Assembly: GCA_021822485.1 (NCBI GenBank)
Contig: JAKAQP010000002.1
Location: forward strand, 10,120 to 74,119
Origin: a bacterium
GTDB lineage: Bacteria > SZUA-79 > Acidulodesulfobacterales > Acidulodesulfobacteraceae
Reading direction: 5' to 3'
DNA length: 64,000 nucleotides
Translations under genes and position numbers: made by a program
Notes under the pieces: model-generated
The model's database searches: none
The model's input: the letters and a program-made list of their open reading frames with translations, nothing else
What the model was told of the DNA's origin: nothing
In this document: piece after piece, positions 27,446 through 37,678 of the stretch
How positions within the stretch are numbered: the stretch's first letter is position 1
How the letters are laid out: each line of letters begins with the position of its first letter

Positions 27446-27988
27446 ATGGTTAAAACAAAAAGCGGTAAAATCCCCGCCGCTGTTTCTTTTCTTGCAAGGT
27501 CGGGAACCGGTAAAACGACTTTAATAGAAAAAATAATAAAAATACTTTCTCAAAAGGGATATAAAGTTTCTTCTATAAAACACACCGACCATAACGTTTC
27601 TGCGGATACGGAAGGAAAAGATTCATGGAGACATCGGAATGCGGGCGCATTTTCAACGATGCTTATATCTAAAGAAAAAATTTCATTTTTCAGCGACATA
27701 GAACCGTCCGCCGATATATCCATAGACCGTTTAATATCCAATTTTTTTACCGGTTCCGACATAGTCATAGTAGAAGGTTTTAAAGAACTCGGCGTAAAAA
27801 AAATAGAGCTTGCAAGAAAAAATGCGGGCGGTTTGGAACTAAGATTTAAAAACGATACTAACCTTATCCTCGTCTGCGCCGATGAGCCGATAAGCGGTTT
27901 GAATATTCCGCAAATAAATATTAACGACGCAGAAAAAATATCTGCTTTTATAGAGAAAGAAATTATTCTGCATAATTCTACTATATGA
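27446..27988 (+). CDS. mobB: molybdopterin-guanine dinucleotide biosynthesis adapter MobB
   Basis: 180 aa. P-loop ARSGTGKTTLIEK and the IKH...D motif typical of MobB. Confidence 0.8.
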   Translation: MVKTKSGKIPAAVSFLARSGTGKTTLIEKIIKILSQKGYKVSSIKHTDHNVSADTEGKDSWRHRNAGAFSTMLISKEKISFFSDIEPSADISIDRLISNFFTGSDIVIVEGFKELGVKKIELARKNAGGLELRFKNDTNLILVCADEPISGLNIPQININDAEKISAFIEKEIILHNSTI

Positions 27989-27992
27989 GTAT

Positions 27993-28985
27993 ATGAGCGA
28001 ATTCAGCCTCGGCAGAAGTATTTTGGCGCCCATGGCGGGGATTACGGGATATCCTTTCAGGAAAATATGTTTGAAATGCGGGGCGGAATTCTGCTTTACG
28101 GAGATGATAAGCGCCGAAGGTTTTTTGCGTAACGATAAGAAAACACTTGAACTTCTTGAAGCGGGGAGCGGTATTTTAAAAACGGGTATTCAATTATTCG
28201 GCAATTCTGCCGCCTTATTGTCGGAAGCCGCTAAAAAAGCATTTGATCACGGTTTTAAGGTTATAGACATAAATGCCGGCTGTCCGGTTAAAAAGGTGGT
28301 TAAAACCGGCGCGGGAAGCTCATTATTAAAAGATCCCGCTCTTTTTGAGCATATAGCAGCGTCCGTCAGAAAATCGGTCAAAGACGCCTTTTTCACCGTT
28401 AAATTTAGAAGCGGTTTCGATTTTAATTCGGTAAATTTCGTTGAGATAGGAAAAATTGCCGAAGATTCGGGTATAAATGCTCTTTTTTTTCATCCGAGGA
28501 CGCGCTCTCAGATGTTCGGGGGAACGGCGGACCATTCACAGACCAAAAAACTTAAGAAATCGGTAAACATTCCCGTTTATGCAAGCGGCGACGTATTTAC
28601 GGCGGACGATGCCTTGAAGATAATGAATTATACCGGCGCCGACGGAATTATGTTCGCAAGGGGAGCCGTAGGAAAACCATGGATATTTAGCGATTATCTA
28701 AATATATCGAATACCGGTAGACGGGCTGAAAAAAAAGAGCAGGATATGACTGATAAAATAGATATACTACTTGAATTAAACGAAGAAATATCCTCTTTTT
28801 ACGGGGAAAAAAGAGGATTCAATATTATGAAGCCTCATCTTTATAATTTTTTAAAGAGGTTTAAGGGATCCAAAGAACTAAGGGCGGCCGTCAATAACGC
28901 AAAAAGCGATAAAGAGACCGCTGAAATTTTAGAAATACTTAAGACAAAAATAGCATCAAATGAATATTCTGAACCTGCTGGATAA
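27993..28985 (+). CDS. dus: tRNA-dihydrouridine synthase (Dus family)
   Basis: 330 aa. LAPMAGITGYPFR start, IDINAGCP active-site Cys region, FMN-binding TIM-barrel motifs. Confidence 0.85.
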   Translation: MSEFSLGRSILAPMAGITGYPFRKICLKCGAEFCFTEMISAEGFLRNDKKTLELLEAGSGILKTGIQLFGNSAALLSEAAKKAFDHGFKVIDINAGCPVKKVVKTGAGSSLLKDPALFEHIAASVRKSVKDAFFTVKFRSGFDFNSVNFVEIGKIAEDSGINALFFHPRTRSQMFGGTADHSQTKKLKKSVNIPVYASGDVFTADDALKIMNYTGADGIMFARGAVGKPWIFSDYLNISNTGRRAEKKEQDMTDKIDILLELNEEISSFYGEKRGFNIMKPHLYNFLKRFKGSKELRAAVNNAKSDKETAEILEILKTKIASNEYSEPAG

Positions 28986-30102
28986 ATTTTTAAACGCAAA
29001 CGAAAACGACGGACAGATTTTAATAAATCCCGATTTTTGCGTCAGACTAAAAACCCATATGTCCGGATGCTATGAGTGTATTGAAAGATGTCCGGATTTA
29101 TCTATAAAAATAACCGATTCCGAAATAAACATTCTGGAAAACTGTTCAAACTGCAATGCTTGTCTTTACTTATGCCCTAATTCCGTTTTTTACGTTAAGA
29201 AAGATAAAACAGATAAAAATCTAGAAAATTTTTATTTTTGCGGTAAAACCGAAAAATATTTTAAAAATTTTAAAATTTCCGCGACCGGCACTAATTACCT
29301 TATAAAATGTATTTACGAATTAGAAGACGTAGATATAATTTCTTCCTTAAAAAATAGATTTGACATAACATTCGTTTCGTCCGACTGCAAATCATGCAGG
29401 CTTAAATATTTCCATAACAAGAAAATCAAAAGAGTAAACGAAATAACAAAGTTTTTAAACGAAGAAAATATTTTTAAGGAAATTAACGCGGAGGATTTTA
29501 ATTTTAAAGAGTTTGCGGAAGAGCATAGCAAAAAAAAGAAAGATGTATATAATTTTAAAACTGCAGACGATAAAGCAGGGAATAAAAATACGGATAAAGA
29601 AAACATTGAAAGCGAAGGCGGCGTTAAAACCACAGAAACGTTAGATCGAAGAGAGTTTTTTAAAAATTCGTTTAAAAGTTTAAAAGACAATGCAAAAAAG
29701 CTCGCGGAAAACGTTTCTATCGAAGACCTTCCTTTATCCGAACTATATTCCCAATTCATTCCTGCCGGAAAAAACGATAAAAACATAAATTATTCGTTAT
29801 TAAATAGGCAGAAAAAAATTTATAAGTTTTTGAAAGAAAACAAAGAGTTTGTGCCGCTTTTTAATATAAGACTGCCTAAAATAAACGAAAATTGCGTCTT
29901 TTGTTCCAACTGTTGGGAAATGTGTCCTACCGGCGCGTTAATTTTTAAGGAAAACAAAATATCGCTTGAGCCTTTTTTTTGCACTTCCTGCGGTCTGTGC
30001 AAAGATATATGCAGTTTTGGAGCAGTAAGAATGTATAAGGCTTTGAGTTTAAAAGATATTTCCGGCAAAAAATCTCTTCTTATAAATAAAAATAATTTTT
30101 AA
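28960..30102 (+). CDS. Fe-S protein with N- and C-terminal 4Fe-4S ferredoxin domains joined by a Lys/Glu-rich linker
   Basis: 380 aa. CYECIERCP, CSNCNACLYLCP, CVFCSNCWEMCP and CTSCGLCKDIC. Internal Tat-like motif DRREFFK at about residue 228. Overlaps the end of dus by 26 bp. Confidence 0.6.
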   Translation: MNILNLLDKFLNANENDGQILINPDFCVRLKTHMSGCYECIERCPDLSIKITDSEINILENCSNCNACLYLCPNSVFYVKKDKTDKNLENFYFCGKTEKYFKNFKISATGTNYLIKCIYELEDVDIISSLKNRFDITFVSSDCKSCRLKYFHNKKIKRVNEITKFLNEENIFKEINAEDFNFKEFAEEHSKKKKDVYNFKTADDKAGNKNTDKENIESEGGVKTTETLDRREFFKNSFKSLKDNAKKLAENVSIEDLPLSELYSQFIPAGKNDKNINYSLLNRQKKIYKFLKENKEFVPLFNIRLPKINENCVFCSNCWEMCPTGALIFKENKISLEPFFCTSCGLCKDICSFGAVRMYKALSLKDISGKKSLLINKNNF

Positions 30103-30193
30103 TTCGTGATATAAATCACATATTAAAAATATACTGTCTGCTAATATATAAGAAAAATCTCCTAATTTAATTTTAAAAATTGAGGAAAAAATT

Positions 30194-30799
30194 ATGGAAA
30201 ACTTAAACGAAGAAAAAGAAAAAAGCTGCGTAGAAGTGACCGAAGAAGATATCAGAGAAGCCTTCGAAAAACACAAAACTTACATCGATATCTCGTTAGG
30301 CGATTTTATTAAAATATACAGGGATGCGTTTGCGCTGGCAAGGGATAAAGTTCACGGCATTACCGTCGATAAAGTGATGTCGAAAAATGCGGTTTCCGTG
30401 CATGAAAATTCCGCAATACATGATGCAATGAATCTGCTTGCGGAAAAAGGGCTGACATGCGCTCCGGTAGTTAACGACGAAAACGCAGTCGTCGGATTTC
30501 TGTCCGATTCCGATATTTTAACCAGCGCTGGAGTTATAAAAAAACACACGTTTAAAGATTTAGTAAGACACCTGATAGGCGAGCCGACCCCTCATGCTCA
30601 AAGAACTATCGATGCTAAAAACGTTAAGGATATTATGACTTCGCCCGCAATTACCGTATCGACGGACACGTGCATTAAAAAAGCGGCGGCGGTATTTAAC
30701 GAAAAGCGTATAAAAGTTATGCCGGTGGTGGATATAAACGGAAAAATCGTTGGAGTAATATCTATGACGGATATCATAAAGTATATCGATAAAAATTAA
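30194..30799 (+). CDS. CBS-domain pair protein
   Basis: 201 aa. Two CBS repeats (VDKVMSKNAVSV...; VKDIMTSPAITV...VVDINGKIVGVISMTDI). Confidence 0.75.
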   Translation: MENLNEEKEKSCVEVTEEDIREAFEKHKTYIDISLGDFIKIYRDAFALARDKVHGITVDKVMSKNAVSVHENSAIHDAMNLLAEKGLTCAPVVNDENAVVGFLSDSDILTSAGVIKKHTFKDLVRHLIGEPTPHAQRTIDAKNVKDIMTSPAITVSTDTCIKKAAAVFNEKRIKVMPVVDINGKIVGVISMTDIIKYIDKN

Positions 30800-30843
30800 A
30801 AAATTAAATAAAATTAACCATAAATAACAGCGGGGAAACCAAA

Positions 30844-31392
30844 ATGTGGATTAAAGAATACTTTGACAGAATGAAAGGCGGAGGAGAAAATGCGACCACT
30901 ATAAGCCTGCATGTAATCTTTTGGTCGGGCTTAGCTTCTATAATAGGCATAGGGACGGTAGCTTATATATCGGCAAAATTTTTCAGTCCTTACGATTTAA
31001 CGTTATTAATCGGTTCATTCGGAGCTTCGGCGGTTCTTATATACGGCGCAATTAAAACCCCTCTCGCTCAGCCGAGGAATCTTATGGGAGGACATATTCT
31101 TTCCGCTATCGTGGGTGTCGCAAGCTATAAACTGCTCGGTCATATAAATATGCCTTTAGCGGCTGCGGTAGCGGTTTCGTTTGCAATTATGCTTATGCAC
31201 GCTACTAAAACGCTTCATCCTCCAGGGGGTGCCACTGCTTTAATAGCGGTTATAGGGGGCAAAGGAATATATAAGCTCGGTTTTCTTTATCCGCTGATGC
31301 CCGTAGGTTTGGGAGCGTTAATACTTTTAATAGTTGCCGTATTGGTAAATAACCTTTCTAAATATAGAAAATACCCGGAATACTGGTGGTAA
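30844..31392 (+). CDS. HPP-family integral membrane protein
   Basis: 182 aa, about four TM helices, with the eponymous HPPGGA motif (TLHPPGGATALIAV). Confidence 0.75.
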   Translation: MWIKEYFDRMKGGGENATTISLHVIFWSGLASIIGIGTVAYISAKFFSPYDLTLLIGSFGASAVLIYGAIKTPLAQPRNLMGGHILSAIVGVASYKLLGHINMPLAAAVAVSFAIMLMHATKTLHPPGGATALIAVIGGKGIYKLGFLYPLMPVGLGALILLIVAVLVNNLSKYRKYPEYWW

Positions 31393-31499
31393 AATATAAT
31401 TATAAAAAAATTCTTGACAAAAAAGCATAATTATTTAATAATATAAAACTACGCTTAAATTTTACATATTATTTTATATTTTATTTCGGGAGATTTTGA

Positions 31500-31916
31500 A
31501 TGACTGAAAGCAAGTGGATATTGGTTGATGCAAAAGACATAAGCCTTGGAAGAGTAGCAAGTTTTGCGGCCAACAGACTTATGGGCAAAGATAAAGCGGA
31601 CTGGACGCCGTACGCTGATAACGGAGATTTCGTTATAATTATAAACAGCGCCAAAGCTAAATTAACCGGAAAAAAAACCGAAGATAAAGAATATCATTTT
31701 CACAGCGGTTATCCGGGCGGACTTAAAACGTTCAAATACAGAGATATGGTTAAAAAAGACCATTCTTATCCTCTGATTTCGGCTATAAAAGGAATGCTTC
31801 CCAAGAATAAACTGTCGGATGCGGTAATAAAAAAAGTTAAAATATATGAAGGCGAAGAACATCCTCATGCCGCGCAAAAGCCGGTCAGGGTAGAAATAGC
31901 CGATAAGGTAAAGTAA
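31500..31916 (+). CDS. rplM: 50S ribosomal protein L13
   Basis: 138 aa. WILVDAKDISLGRVAS N-terminus. Classic rplM-rpsI pair. Confidence 0.9.
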   Translation: MTESKWILVDAKDISLGRVASFAANRLMGKDKADWTPYADNGDFVIIINSAKAKLTGKKTEDKEYHFHSGYPGGLKTFKYRDMVKKDHSYPLISAIKGMLPKNKLSDAVIKKVKIYEGEEHPHAAQKPVRVEIADKVK

Positions 31917-31992
31917 AGCAAGGTAAAGTAAAGCAAAAAAAATTTAAAAAATAGAAATTAAATTAAGTTATAATTAAGTAAGGTAAAAGCTG

Positions 31993-32388
31993 ATGGCTAA
32001 AAAAAGCATTATACACGCGGTAGGTAAAAGAAAAACAGGTATTGCAAGGGCTTATTTCAAAGAAGGCGCCGGCAAAATAATTATTAACGGAAGAGATTTC
32101 GAGCAGTATTTTCCTCTTGAAAGCCACAGGGTTTCTGCCGTAAAGCCGTTAGCGTTTTATCCTATAGAAAATAAGTTCGACGTATATATAAACGTATCCG
32201 GCGGCGGATTGAGCGGTCAAGCCGGAGCGGTAAGGCTGGCTCTCGCAAAAGCTATTCTTCTTGTAAGTCCGGAATTAAAAGAAACTCTTGCAAAAGCCTC
32301 TATGCTTACAAGGGACCCCAGGGTCAAAGAAAGAAAGAAATACGGGCAGAAAGCGGCAAGAGCAAGGTTTCAGTTCTCTAAGAGATAA
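31993..32388 (+). CDS. rpsI: 30S ribosomal protein S9
   Basis: 131 aa. GKRKTGIARAY, GGGLSGQAGA, and the C-terminal ...RARFQFSKR. Confidence 0.9.
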   Translation: MAKKSIIHAVGKRKTGIARAYFKEGAGKIIINGRDFEQYFPLESHRVSAVKPLAFYPIENKFDVYINVSGGGLSGQAGAVRLALAKAILLVSPELKETLAKASMLTRDPRVKERKKYGQKAARARFQFSKR

Positions 32389-32408
32389 TATAATCGTTAT
32401 ATCCATAA

Positions 32409-33494
32409 ATGATAAGAGTTTCGATTGTGGGGGCATCCGGTTACAGCGGCGTATATCTTATGCAGGCGCTGTTGTCAAGACCGGATGTTTCTATATCGGT
32501 AATTACTTCAAACAGTAATGCCGGCAAAAAACTTTCCGATTTTTTTCCTTTGTTCGCAAAGACGAACCATAAAAATCCTTTGTTATCCGAAATTAAATTT
32601 TCGCTTTTCGACGCAGATTTAATAGGCGGTTCTTCGGATGCCGTATTTTTTTGCCTTCCGCATAACGAAAGTTCTAAACTTATACCGGCTGTTTTAAAAA
32701 AAAACAAAGACGTTAAAATAATCGATATAGGTGCCGATTTCAGATTCGACGACGTATCGGCATATGAACAGCATTATGGCAAACATAGCGCTCCGGAATT
32801 AAACGGCGGTTTCATTTACGGTCTTTCCGACGTTTTTTACGATAAAATCAAAAATTCACAATTAATCGCCAATCCGGGATGTTATCCGACCGGCGCTTTG
32901 CTTCCCGTTCTGCCTCTTGTTTTTAAAGAGTGCGTGGATTTTTCGTTTCCGGTCATAATTAACTCATTGTCGGGAATTTCCGGCGCCGGCAGAGGCTTAA
33001 AATTGCAGAATCTTTTTTGCGAGATAGAAAATTCGGCAAAAGCCTATAACGTCTGGACGCACAGGCATCTGCCGGAAATTAAAGAAAAAATAAAAAAAGC
33101 CGGCAAACTTACGCCCGACGTTATATTTACTCCTCATGTTATTCCGGTTTCCAGAGGCATACTGACCACTGTATATTTAAAATTAAATAAAGATTCAACT
33201 ATGGAAAATATAGCCGGCATATATGAAAGTTTTTATTCGGGTAGCCCTTTTGTATCGATACTTAATAATATAGAAGACTGCAATATAAAAAACGTCGTCT
33301 ATACCAATAACTGCCATATCGCTTTTGAAATACGCGAAGAAAACGCCGCAGGTTCGGCAGGTTTAATGGTTAAAATAGTCAGCGCCATAGACAACCTTGG
33401 AAAAGGAGCTTCCCTCCAGGCAATTCAGAATATGAATCTTATGTTCGGTTTGGAGCCCGACTTCGGAATACCGCAGTATTCGCCGTATCCTTAA
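32409..33494 (+). CDS. argC: N-acetyl-gamma-glutamyl-phosphate reductase
   Basis: 361 aa. VGASGYSG NAD(P) fold and the active-site region ANPGCYPT. Confidence 0.9.
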   Translation: MIRVSIVGASGYSGVYLMQALLSRPDVSISVITSNSNAGKKLSDFFPLFAKTNHKNPLLSEIKFSLFDADLIGGSSDAVFFCLPHNESSKLIPAVLKKNKDVKIIDIGADFRFDDVSAYEQHYGKHSAPELNGGFIYGLSDVFYDKIKNSQLIANPGCYPTGALLPVLPLVFKECVDFSFPVIINSLSGISGAGRGLKLQNLFCEIENSAKAYNVWTHRHLPEIKEKIKKAGKLTPDVIFTPHVIPVSRGILTTVYLKLNKDSTMENIAGIYESFYSGSPFVSILNNIEDCNIKNVVYTNNCHIAFEIREENAAGSAGLMVKIVSAIDNLGKGASLQAIQNMNLMFGLEPDFGIPQYSPYP

Positions 33495-33629
33495 TAGACC
33501 CCGTTTATTTTTTATTTTGCCGAATCAAGCCGATTATTCCCATGCTTTCGCCTTAACTAAAACCGTAAAAATTTAAGAATATTGTTTTTTCTTGAAACAT
33601 TAACGCTTAATCTGAGATAATAAATAAAT

Positions 33630-35279
33630 ATGAAATTATCCGGATATAAAAAACGAATTAAGTATCTGCTTCTTATTATTGCGCTCTTAACGCTGTCCGC
33701 CGCATCGATTATATTTTTTTATTCAAAATCGGGCGTTAAAAATAACCGGAATAAAATAGTAAAACCTTTAAAAAACCTTCAAAATTCCTCGTTGATTATC
33801 GGTTTGCCGGCAGACGCGACAAATCTTATAGGCAATATGGCGGCAGATGCGCCTACCGCGGAAGTTACCTCTCAAATTTACGACGGGTTGGTCAGATATA
33901 ACCGCAATTTCAAGATAGTTCCCGATCTTGCAAAATCTTGGAAAATAAGCAACGGCGGTAAAACTATAACTTTTTATCTAAGACGTGACGTTTACTGGCA
34001 GAACGCTCAAAAATTTACCGCAAAAGACGTAATGTTTACTTACCGTTTAATGGTAAATCCTAAAACGCCTACGCCTTATGCAGCGGAATACCTTAAAGTT
34101 TATAAAGCCCAAACTATAGGAAAATATATTTTTCGGGTTACTTACAAAAAACCTTATGCGCCGGCTCTTTCTTCATGGGGATTAAGTATTTTACCTGAAA
34201 AACTTTTAAAAGGAAAAAATCTTTTAACTACTAAACTGAGAAGCCATCCTATAGGTACAGGCCCATACGAATTCGATAAATGGGTCCACGGATACGAAAT
34301 AGTCCTGAAAGCTAACCCTCATTATTTTATGGGCGCACCAAAAATAAAGCGCCTCGTATATAAGATAGTGCCGGACATTTCGTCTATGTTCCTGATGCTT
34401 AAATCCAACGGCATAAGCTACATGGGGTTAAGCCCTATTCAGTATAAATACGAATCCAACGGAAAGGGATTTAATTCAAAGTTCAAAAAATATATTCATC
34501 CCTCTTTAAGTTTTACTTTTCTGGGATATAATCTTTTAGACCCGCTTTTCAAAAACGTAAAAGTAAGGCGGGCTTTAAGCTATGCGATAAATAAAAAAGA
34601 GATAATAAAAGGAGCTCTGTTCGGATTGGGAATTCACTGTTACGGACCTTTTATGCCCGGAACTTATTTTTACGATAAGGACGTAAAAAAATACCGCTAT
34701 AATCCCCATAAAGCCCTGCGGCTTTTGAGGCAGGCGGGATGGCGTTTAAAAAAAGGAATTTTAGAAAAAAACGGCGTTCCCTTTAGGTTTACGATACTAA
34801 CCCCGCAGGGCAATCAGGAAAGGCTTTCCGCCGCCGAAATTATCCAGCAAAATTTAAAAAAAATAGGCATAAAAGCTGAAATAAGGGTTATGGAGTGGAC
34901 GTCATTGATATCCGAATTTATTATGAAAAAAAAGTTTCAGACCGTTTTGCTGGGATTTACCATAACGCCGGACCCTTACGATAACGCTTCTATATTTACC
35001 GGTTCAAATATAGTTCCTAAAGGCTTAAACTTTACTTCTTTTAATAATCCCGAAATAGACGTTTTATTCAGAAAAGCAAGGTCAACGTTCAATTTAAAAA
35101 AGCAGAAAAAATATTATTTCAAAATTCAGCGTATTCTCGCAAAAGAAGCTCCTTATACTTTTTTATACGTTCCTTATGCAATGCCCGTAGTTGTCAGAAC
35201 TGTAAAAGGAATAAAGCCCGCTCCCGCAGGAATCGGATACGATATAAGAAAATGGTATTATACTAAATTTACCGATTAA
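33630..35279 (+). CDS. ABC transporter substrate-binding protein, family 5 (peptide/nickel, OppA/DppA-like)
   Basis: 549 aa. Signal anchor and family-5 SBP motifs (DGLVRYN, LRRDVYWQN, GTGPYEF). No cognate permease or ATPase genes are adjacent. Confidence 0.85.
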   Translation: MKLSGYKKRIKYLLLIIALLTLSAASIIFFYSKSGVKNNRNKIVKPLKNLQNSSLIIGLPADATNLIGNMAADAPTAEVTSQIYDGLVRYNRNFKIVPDLAKSWKISNGGKTITFYLRRDVYWQNAQKFTAKDVMFTYRLMVNPKTPTPYAAEYLKVYKAQTIGKYIFRVTYKKPYAPALSSWGLSILPEKLLKGKNLLTTKLRSHPIGTGPYEFDKWVHGYEIVLKANPHYFMGAPKIKRLVYKIVPDISSMFLMLKSNGISYMGLSPIQYKYESNGKGFNSKFKKYIHPSLSFTFLGYNLLDPLFKNVKVRRALSYAINKKEIIKGALFGLGIHCYGPFMPGTYFYDKDVKKYRYNPHKALRLLRQAGWRLKKGILEKNGVPFRFTILTPQGNQERLSAAEIIQQNLKKIGIKAEIRVMEWTSLISEFIMKKKFQTVLLGFTITPDPYDNASIFTGSNIVPKGLNFTSFNNPEIDVLFRKARSTFNLKKQKKYYFKIQRILAKEAPYTFLYVPYAMPVVVRTVKGIKPAPAGIGYDIRKWYYTKFTD

Positions 35280-35337
35280 TTTAAAAAACTCTTCAATTTC
35301 TTTTTTTTCGAATGTTATAAACTTAAACGCGGAGGAA

Positions 35338-35838
35338 ATGATAATGGAAAAAGAAACAAAGTTGACACATCTTGACGAAAACGGAATGCCGAAAATGGTA
35401 GACGTTTCGGATAAAAAAGACACTGTAAGGACGGCTTCGTCCCACGCAAAAGTAACTATGTCGGAAGAAGCGTTTAAGCTTGCAGTCGGCGGGGGAGGAA
35501 AAAAGGGAGACGTTTTTGGAACTGCAAAGATTGCGGGCATTATGGCGGCGAAAAAAACGTCGGAATTAATACCTTTATGCCATCCTTTAAATATAGAAGG
35601 ATGCGATATCGTTTTTAAACCGGAAGAAAAAAAAAATTCCGTAGATATAATTTCCACCGTTAAAATATCGGGAAAAACCGGCGTAGAAATGGAAAGCCTG
35701 ACGGCTGCATCAGTGGCGGCGCTTACCGTTTACGATATGCTGAAGGCTGCGGATAAATCCATAGAAATATCTGATATTTACCTTATAAGGAAAGAGGGCG
35801 GAAAAAGCGGAACGTATAAAAGAAAGAAAAAAAATTGA
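35338..35838 (+). CDS. moaC: cyclic pyranopterin monophosphate synthase MoaC
   Basis: 166 aa. LTHLDENGMPKMVDVSDK, GDVFGTAKIAGIMAAKKTSELIPLCHPL. Confidence 0.9.
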   Translation: MIMEKETKLTHLDENGMPKMVDVSDKKDTVRTASSHAKVTMSEEAFKLAVGGGGKKGDVFGTAKIAGIMAAKKTSELIPLCHPLNIEGCDIVFKPEEKKNSVDIISTVKISGKTGVEMESLTAASVAALTVYDMLKAADKSIEISDIYLIRKEGGKSGTYKRKKKN

Positions 35839-35852
35839 CGTAAAAAAATTTA

Positions 35853-35881
35853 TTGCAAATTTTAGACGTTTATCCTATAAT
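35853..35881 (+). promoter_or_regulatory. candidate sigma70-type promoter of the sdh operon
   Basis: TTGCAA (35853-35858), exactly 17 nt, TATAAT (35876-35881). It lies about 100 nt upstream of sdhA. The leader contains a CGGCGG-N11-CCGCCG hairpin (35924-35946). Confidence 0.45.
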
Positions 35882-35979
35882 ATCAAAAACCGTATTCTTA
35901 TAATAAAAATCAATCGATTTAAACGGCGGGATGAAGTCTGCCGCCGCCATGCAAATTGTTAAAATAATAGAGGTTATAA

Positions 35980-37656
35980 ATGTTAAAACATGACGTTATT
36001 ATTGTCGGTGCCGGACTTGCGGGATTAAGGGCGGCCGTAGAACTTAAGAAAAAAGGCATAGATGCCGTAATAGTCAGCAAGGTTTATCCTACGCGTTCCC
36101 ATTCGGGAGCGGCTCAGGGCGGAGTCAACGCTGCGTTTGACGAAAACGATTCATGGGAATCCCATTTTTTCGATACCGTAAAAGGCAGCGATTATCTCGG
36201 CGATCAGGATGCCATAGAAATACTTACGAGCGAAGCTCCAGGGAACATACTTGAACTTCAGAGTATGGGCGTTGTTTTTAACAGAAACGATAAAGGCGGA
36301 ATAGCCCAGAGACCTTTCGGCGGACAAAGTTTTCCCCGTTCCTGCTACTATGCGGATGCCGTGGGACATATGATGCTGCATGGGTTGTTCGACAACGTAC
36401 TCAAATATAAAACAAAAATTCTTTACGAATATTTCGTTACAAGCCTGCTTACCGATAACGGAAAAGTCAGCGGCGTAGTGGCATACGATATTAAAAACGG
36501 AAAATTCGAGGGTATTGCCGCAAAAGCCGTTTTATTCGCTACCGGAGGATACGGACAGGTTTATTCTTCCAACACCAATGCATTAATAAATACCGGAGAC
36601 GGTATGGCAATATCTATCAATGCCGGCGTTCCGCTTATGGACATGGAATTCGTACAGTTTCATCCTACCACCCTTAAAAGCACGGGAATATTGGTAACGG
36701 AGGGAGCAAGAGGTGAAGGGGCATATCTTCTTAATTCACTCGGCGTCCGCTTTATGTCTAAATATGCTCCTAAAGCAATGGAACTTGCGCCGAGAGATGT
36801 AGTAGCAAGAGCCGAACAGACGGAAATAAACGAAGGCAGGGGCGTCAATGGAGCCATTCTTTTAGATATAAGGCATCTCGGCAAAGAAAGAATAATGGAA
36901 AGGCTTCCGCAGATTATGCAGTTATCTATCGATTTTGAAGGCGTTAATCCTATTCATGAGCCTATTCCCATCAGACCCGGCGCTCATTACTCTATGGGTG
37001 GAATTAAAACGGATTATAACGGAAGAACGGCAATAGAAGGTTATTATTCCGCAGGCGAGTCTGCCTGCGTCAGCGTTCACGGGGCAAACAGGCTCGGCGG
37101 GAATTCCCTTCTCGATACCGTTGTTTTTGGCAGAAGGGCGGGAATAGACATAGCCGAATATCTTAAATCTGTCGCCGATGACAGAAAATTCGACGAATCG
37201 GCAATAAAAAGAGACGAAGAAAAATTCGAACAATTAAAAAAATCGGCGGGAAAAGAAAGACACGGCCTTTTAAAATCGGAACTTCAGGAAGAGATGAGAG
37301 CCAGCGTCGGAGTATTCAGGGAAGAAACCGCCATGAAAAAAGCTTTAGACAAAATAGGCGAACTCAAAGAACGCGCAAAAAATATAGGAATAGACGACAA
37401 ATCGAAAACATTTAATACCGATATAGTAGAAGCGTTCGAGTTTAGCAATATACTGCTTATAGCCGAAGTAATAACAAGAGGAGCAATACTCAGGAAGGAG
37501 TCGAGGGGCGCACATTACAGAACGGATTTTCCGGAAAGAGACGATTCCAACTGGCTCAAACATACGCTTGCGACCTTAGACGGAAACGGAAACATAAAAT
37601 TCGATTTTTCCGAAGTTGCGATAACAAAATTTAAACCTCAACCGAGGACGTATTAA
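35980..37656 (+). CDS. sdhA: succinate dehydrogenase / fumarate reductase flavoprotein subunit
   Basis: 558 aa. VIIVGAGLAGLRAA FAD fold, RSHSGAAQGG (covalent-FAD His region), HPT...GARGEG, HYSMGG, RGAHYR. Confidence 0.9.
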   Translation: MLKHDVIIVGAGLAGLRAAVELKKKGIDAVIVSKVYPTRSHSGAAQGGVNAAFDENDSWESHFFDTVKGSDYLGDQDAIEILTSEAPGNILELQSMGVVFNRNDKGGIAQRPFGGQSFPRSCYYADAVGHMMLHGLFDNVLKYKTKILYEYFVTSLLTDNGKVSGVVAYDIKNGKFEGIAAKAVLFATGGYGQVYSSNTNALINTGDGMAISINAGVPLMDMEFVQFHPTTLKSTGILVTEGARGEGAYLLNSLGVRFMSKYAPKAMELAPRDVVARAEQTEINEGRGVNGAILLDIRHLGKERIMERLPQIMQLSIDFEGVNPIHEPIPIRPGAHYSMGGIKTDYNGRTAIEGYYSAGESACVSVHGANRLGGNSLLDTVVFGRRAGIDIAEYLKSVADDRKFDESAIKRDEEKFEQLKKSAGKERHGLLKSELQEEMRASVGVFREETAMKKALDKIGELKERAKNIGIDDKSKTFNTDIVEAFEFSNILLIAEVITRGAILRKESRGAHYRTDFPERDDSNWLKHTLATLDGNGNIKFDFSEVAITKFKPQPRTY

Positions 37657-37678
37657 TTAATAGCGAGGAAAACATATA

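Noticed and set aside
30194-31392. Separate CBS-pair and HPP genes as a potentially novel split transporter/regulator.
   Set aside because: HPP domains are commonly fused to or adjacent to CBS pairs, so this looks like the ordinary two-gene version. Nothing unusual is visible in the sequence.
31906-31935. Perfect 15-bp tandem duplication AGGTAAAGTAAAGCA x2 spanning the rplM stop codon. A similar 15-bp tandem CTGATTGTTTTATGG x2 occurs at 13636-13665, and ATAAACAGTCGTA x2 occurs inside the lipoprotein gene near 4450.
   Set aside because: These are short slippage-type duplications. The rplM stop lies in the first unit, so the protein is unaffected. No further copies or structure were found.
32288-32518. 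A 76-aa ORF overlapping the end of rpsI and the start of argC.
   Set aside because: It is out of frame with two strongly supported genes and has no SD. The Arg/Gly-rich translation is typical of an alternative frame of a ribosomal protein gene.
35924-35946. Hairpin CGGCGG-N11-CCGCCG followed by CCATGCAAATTG in the sdhA leader, considered as a further family member.
   Set aside because: It lacks the invariant AATT-N-AATT centre, and the box match is partial. It is retained only as a note under the sdh promoter feature.
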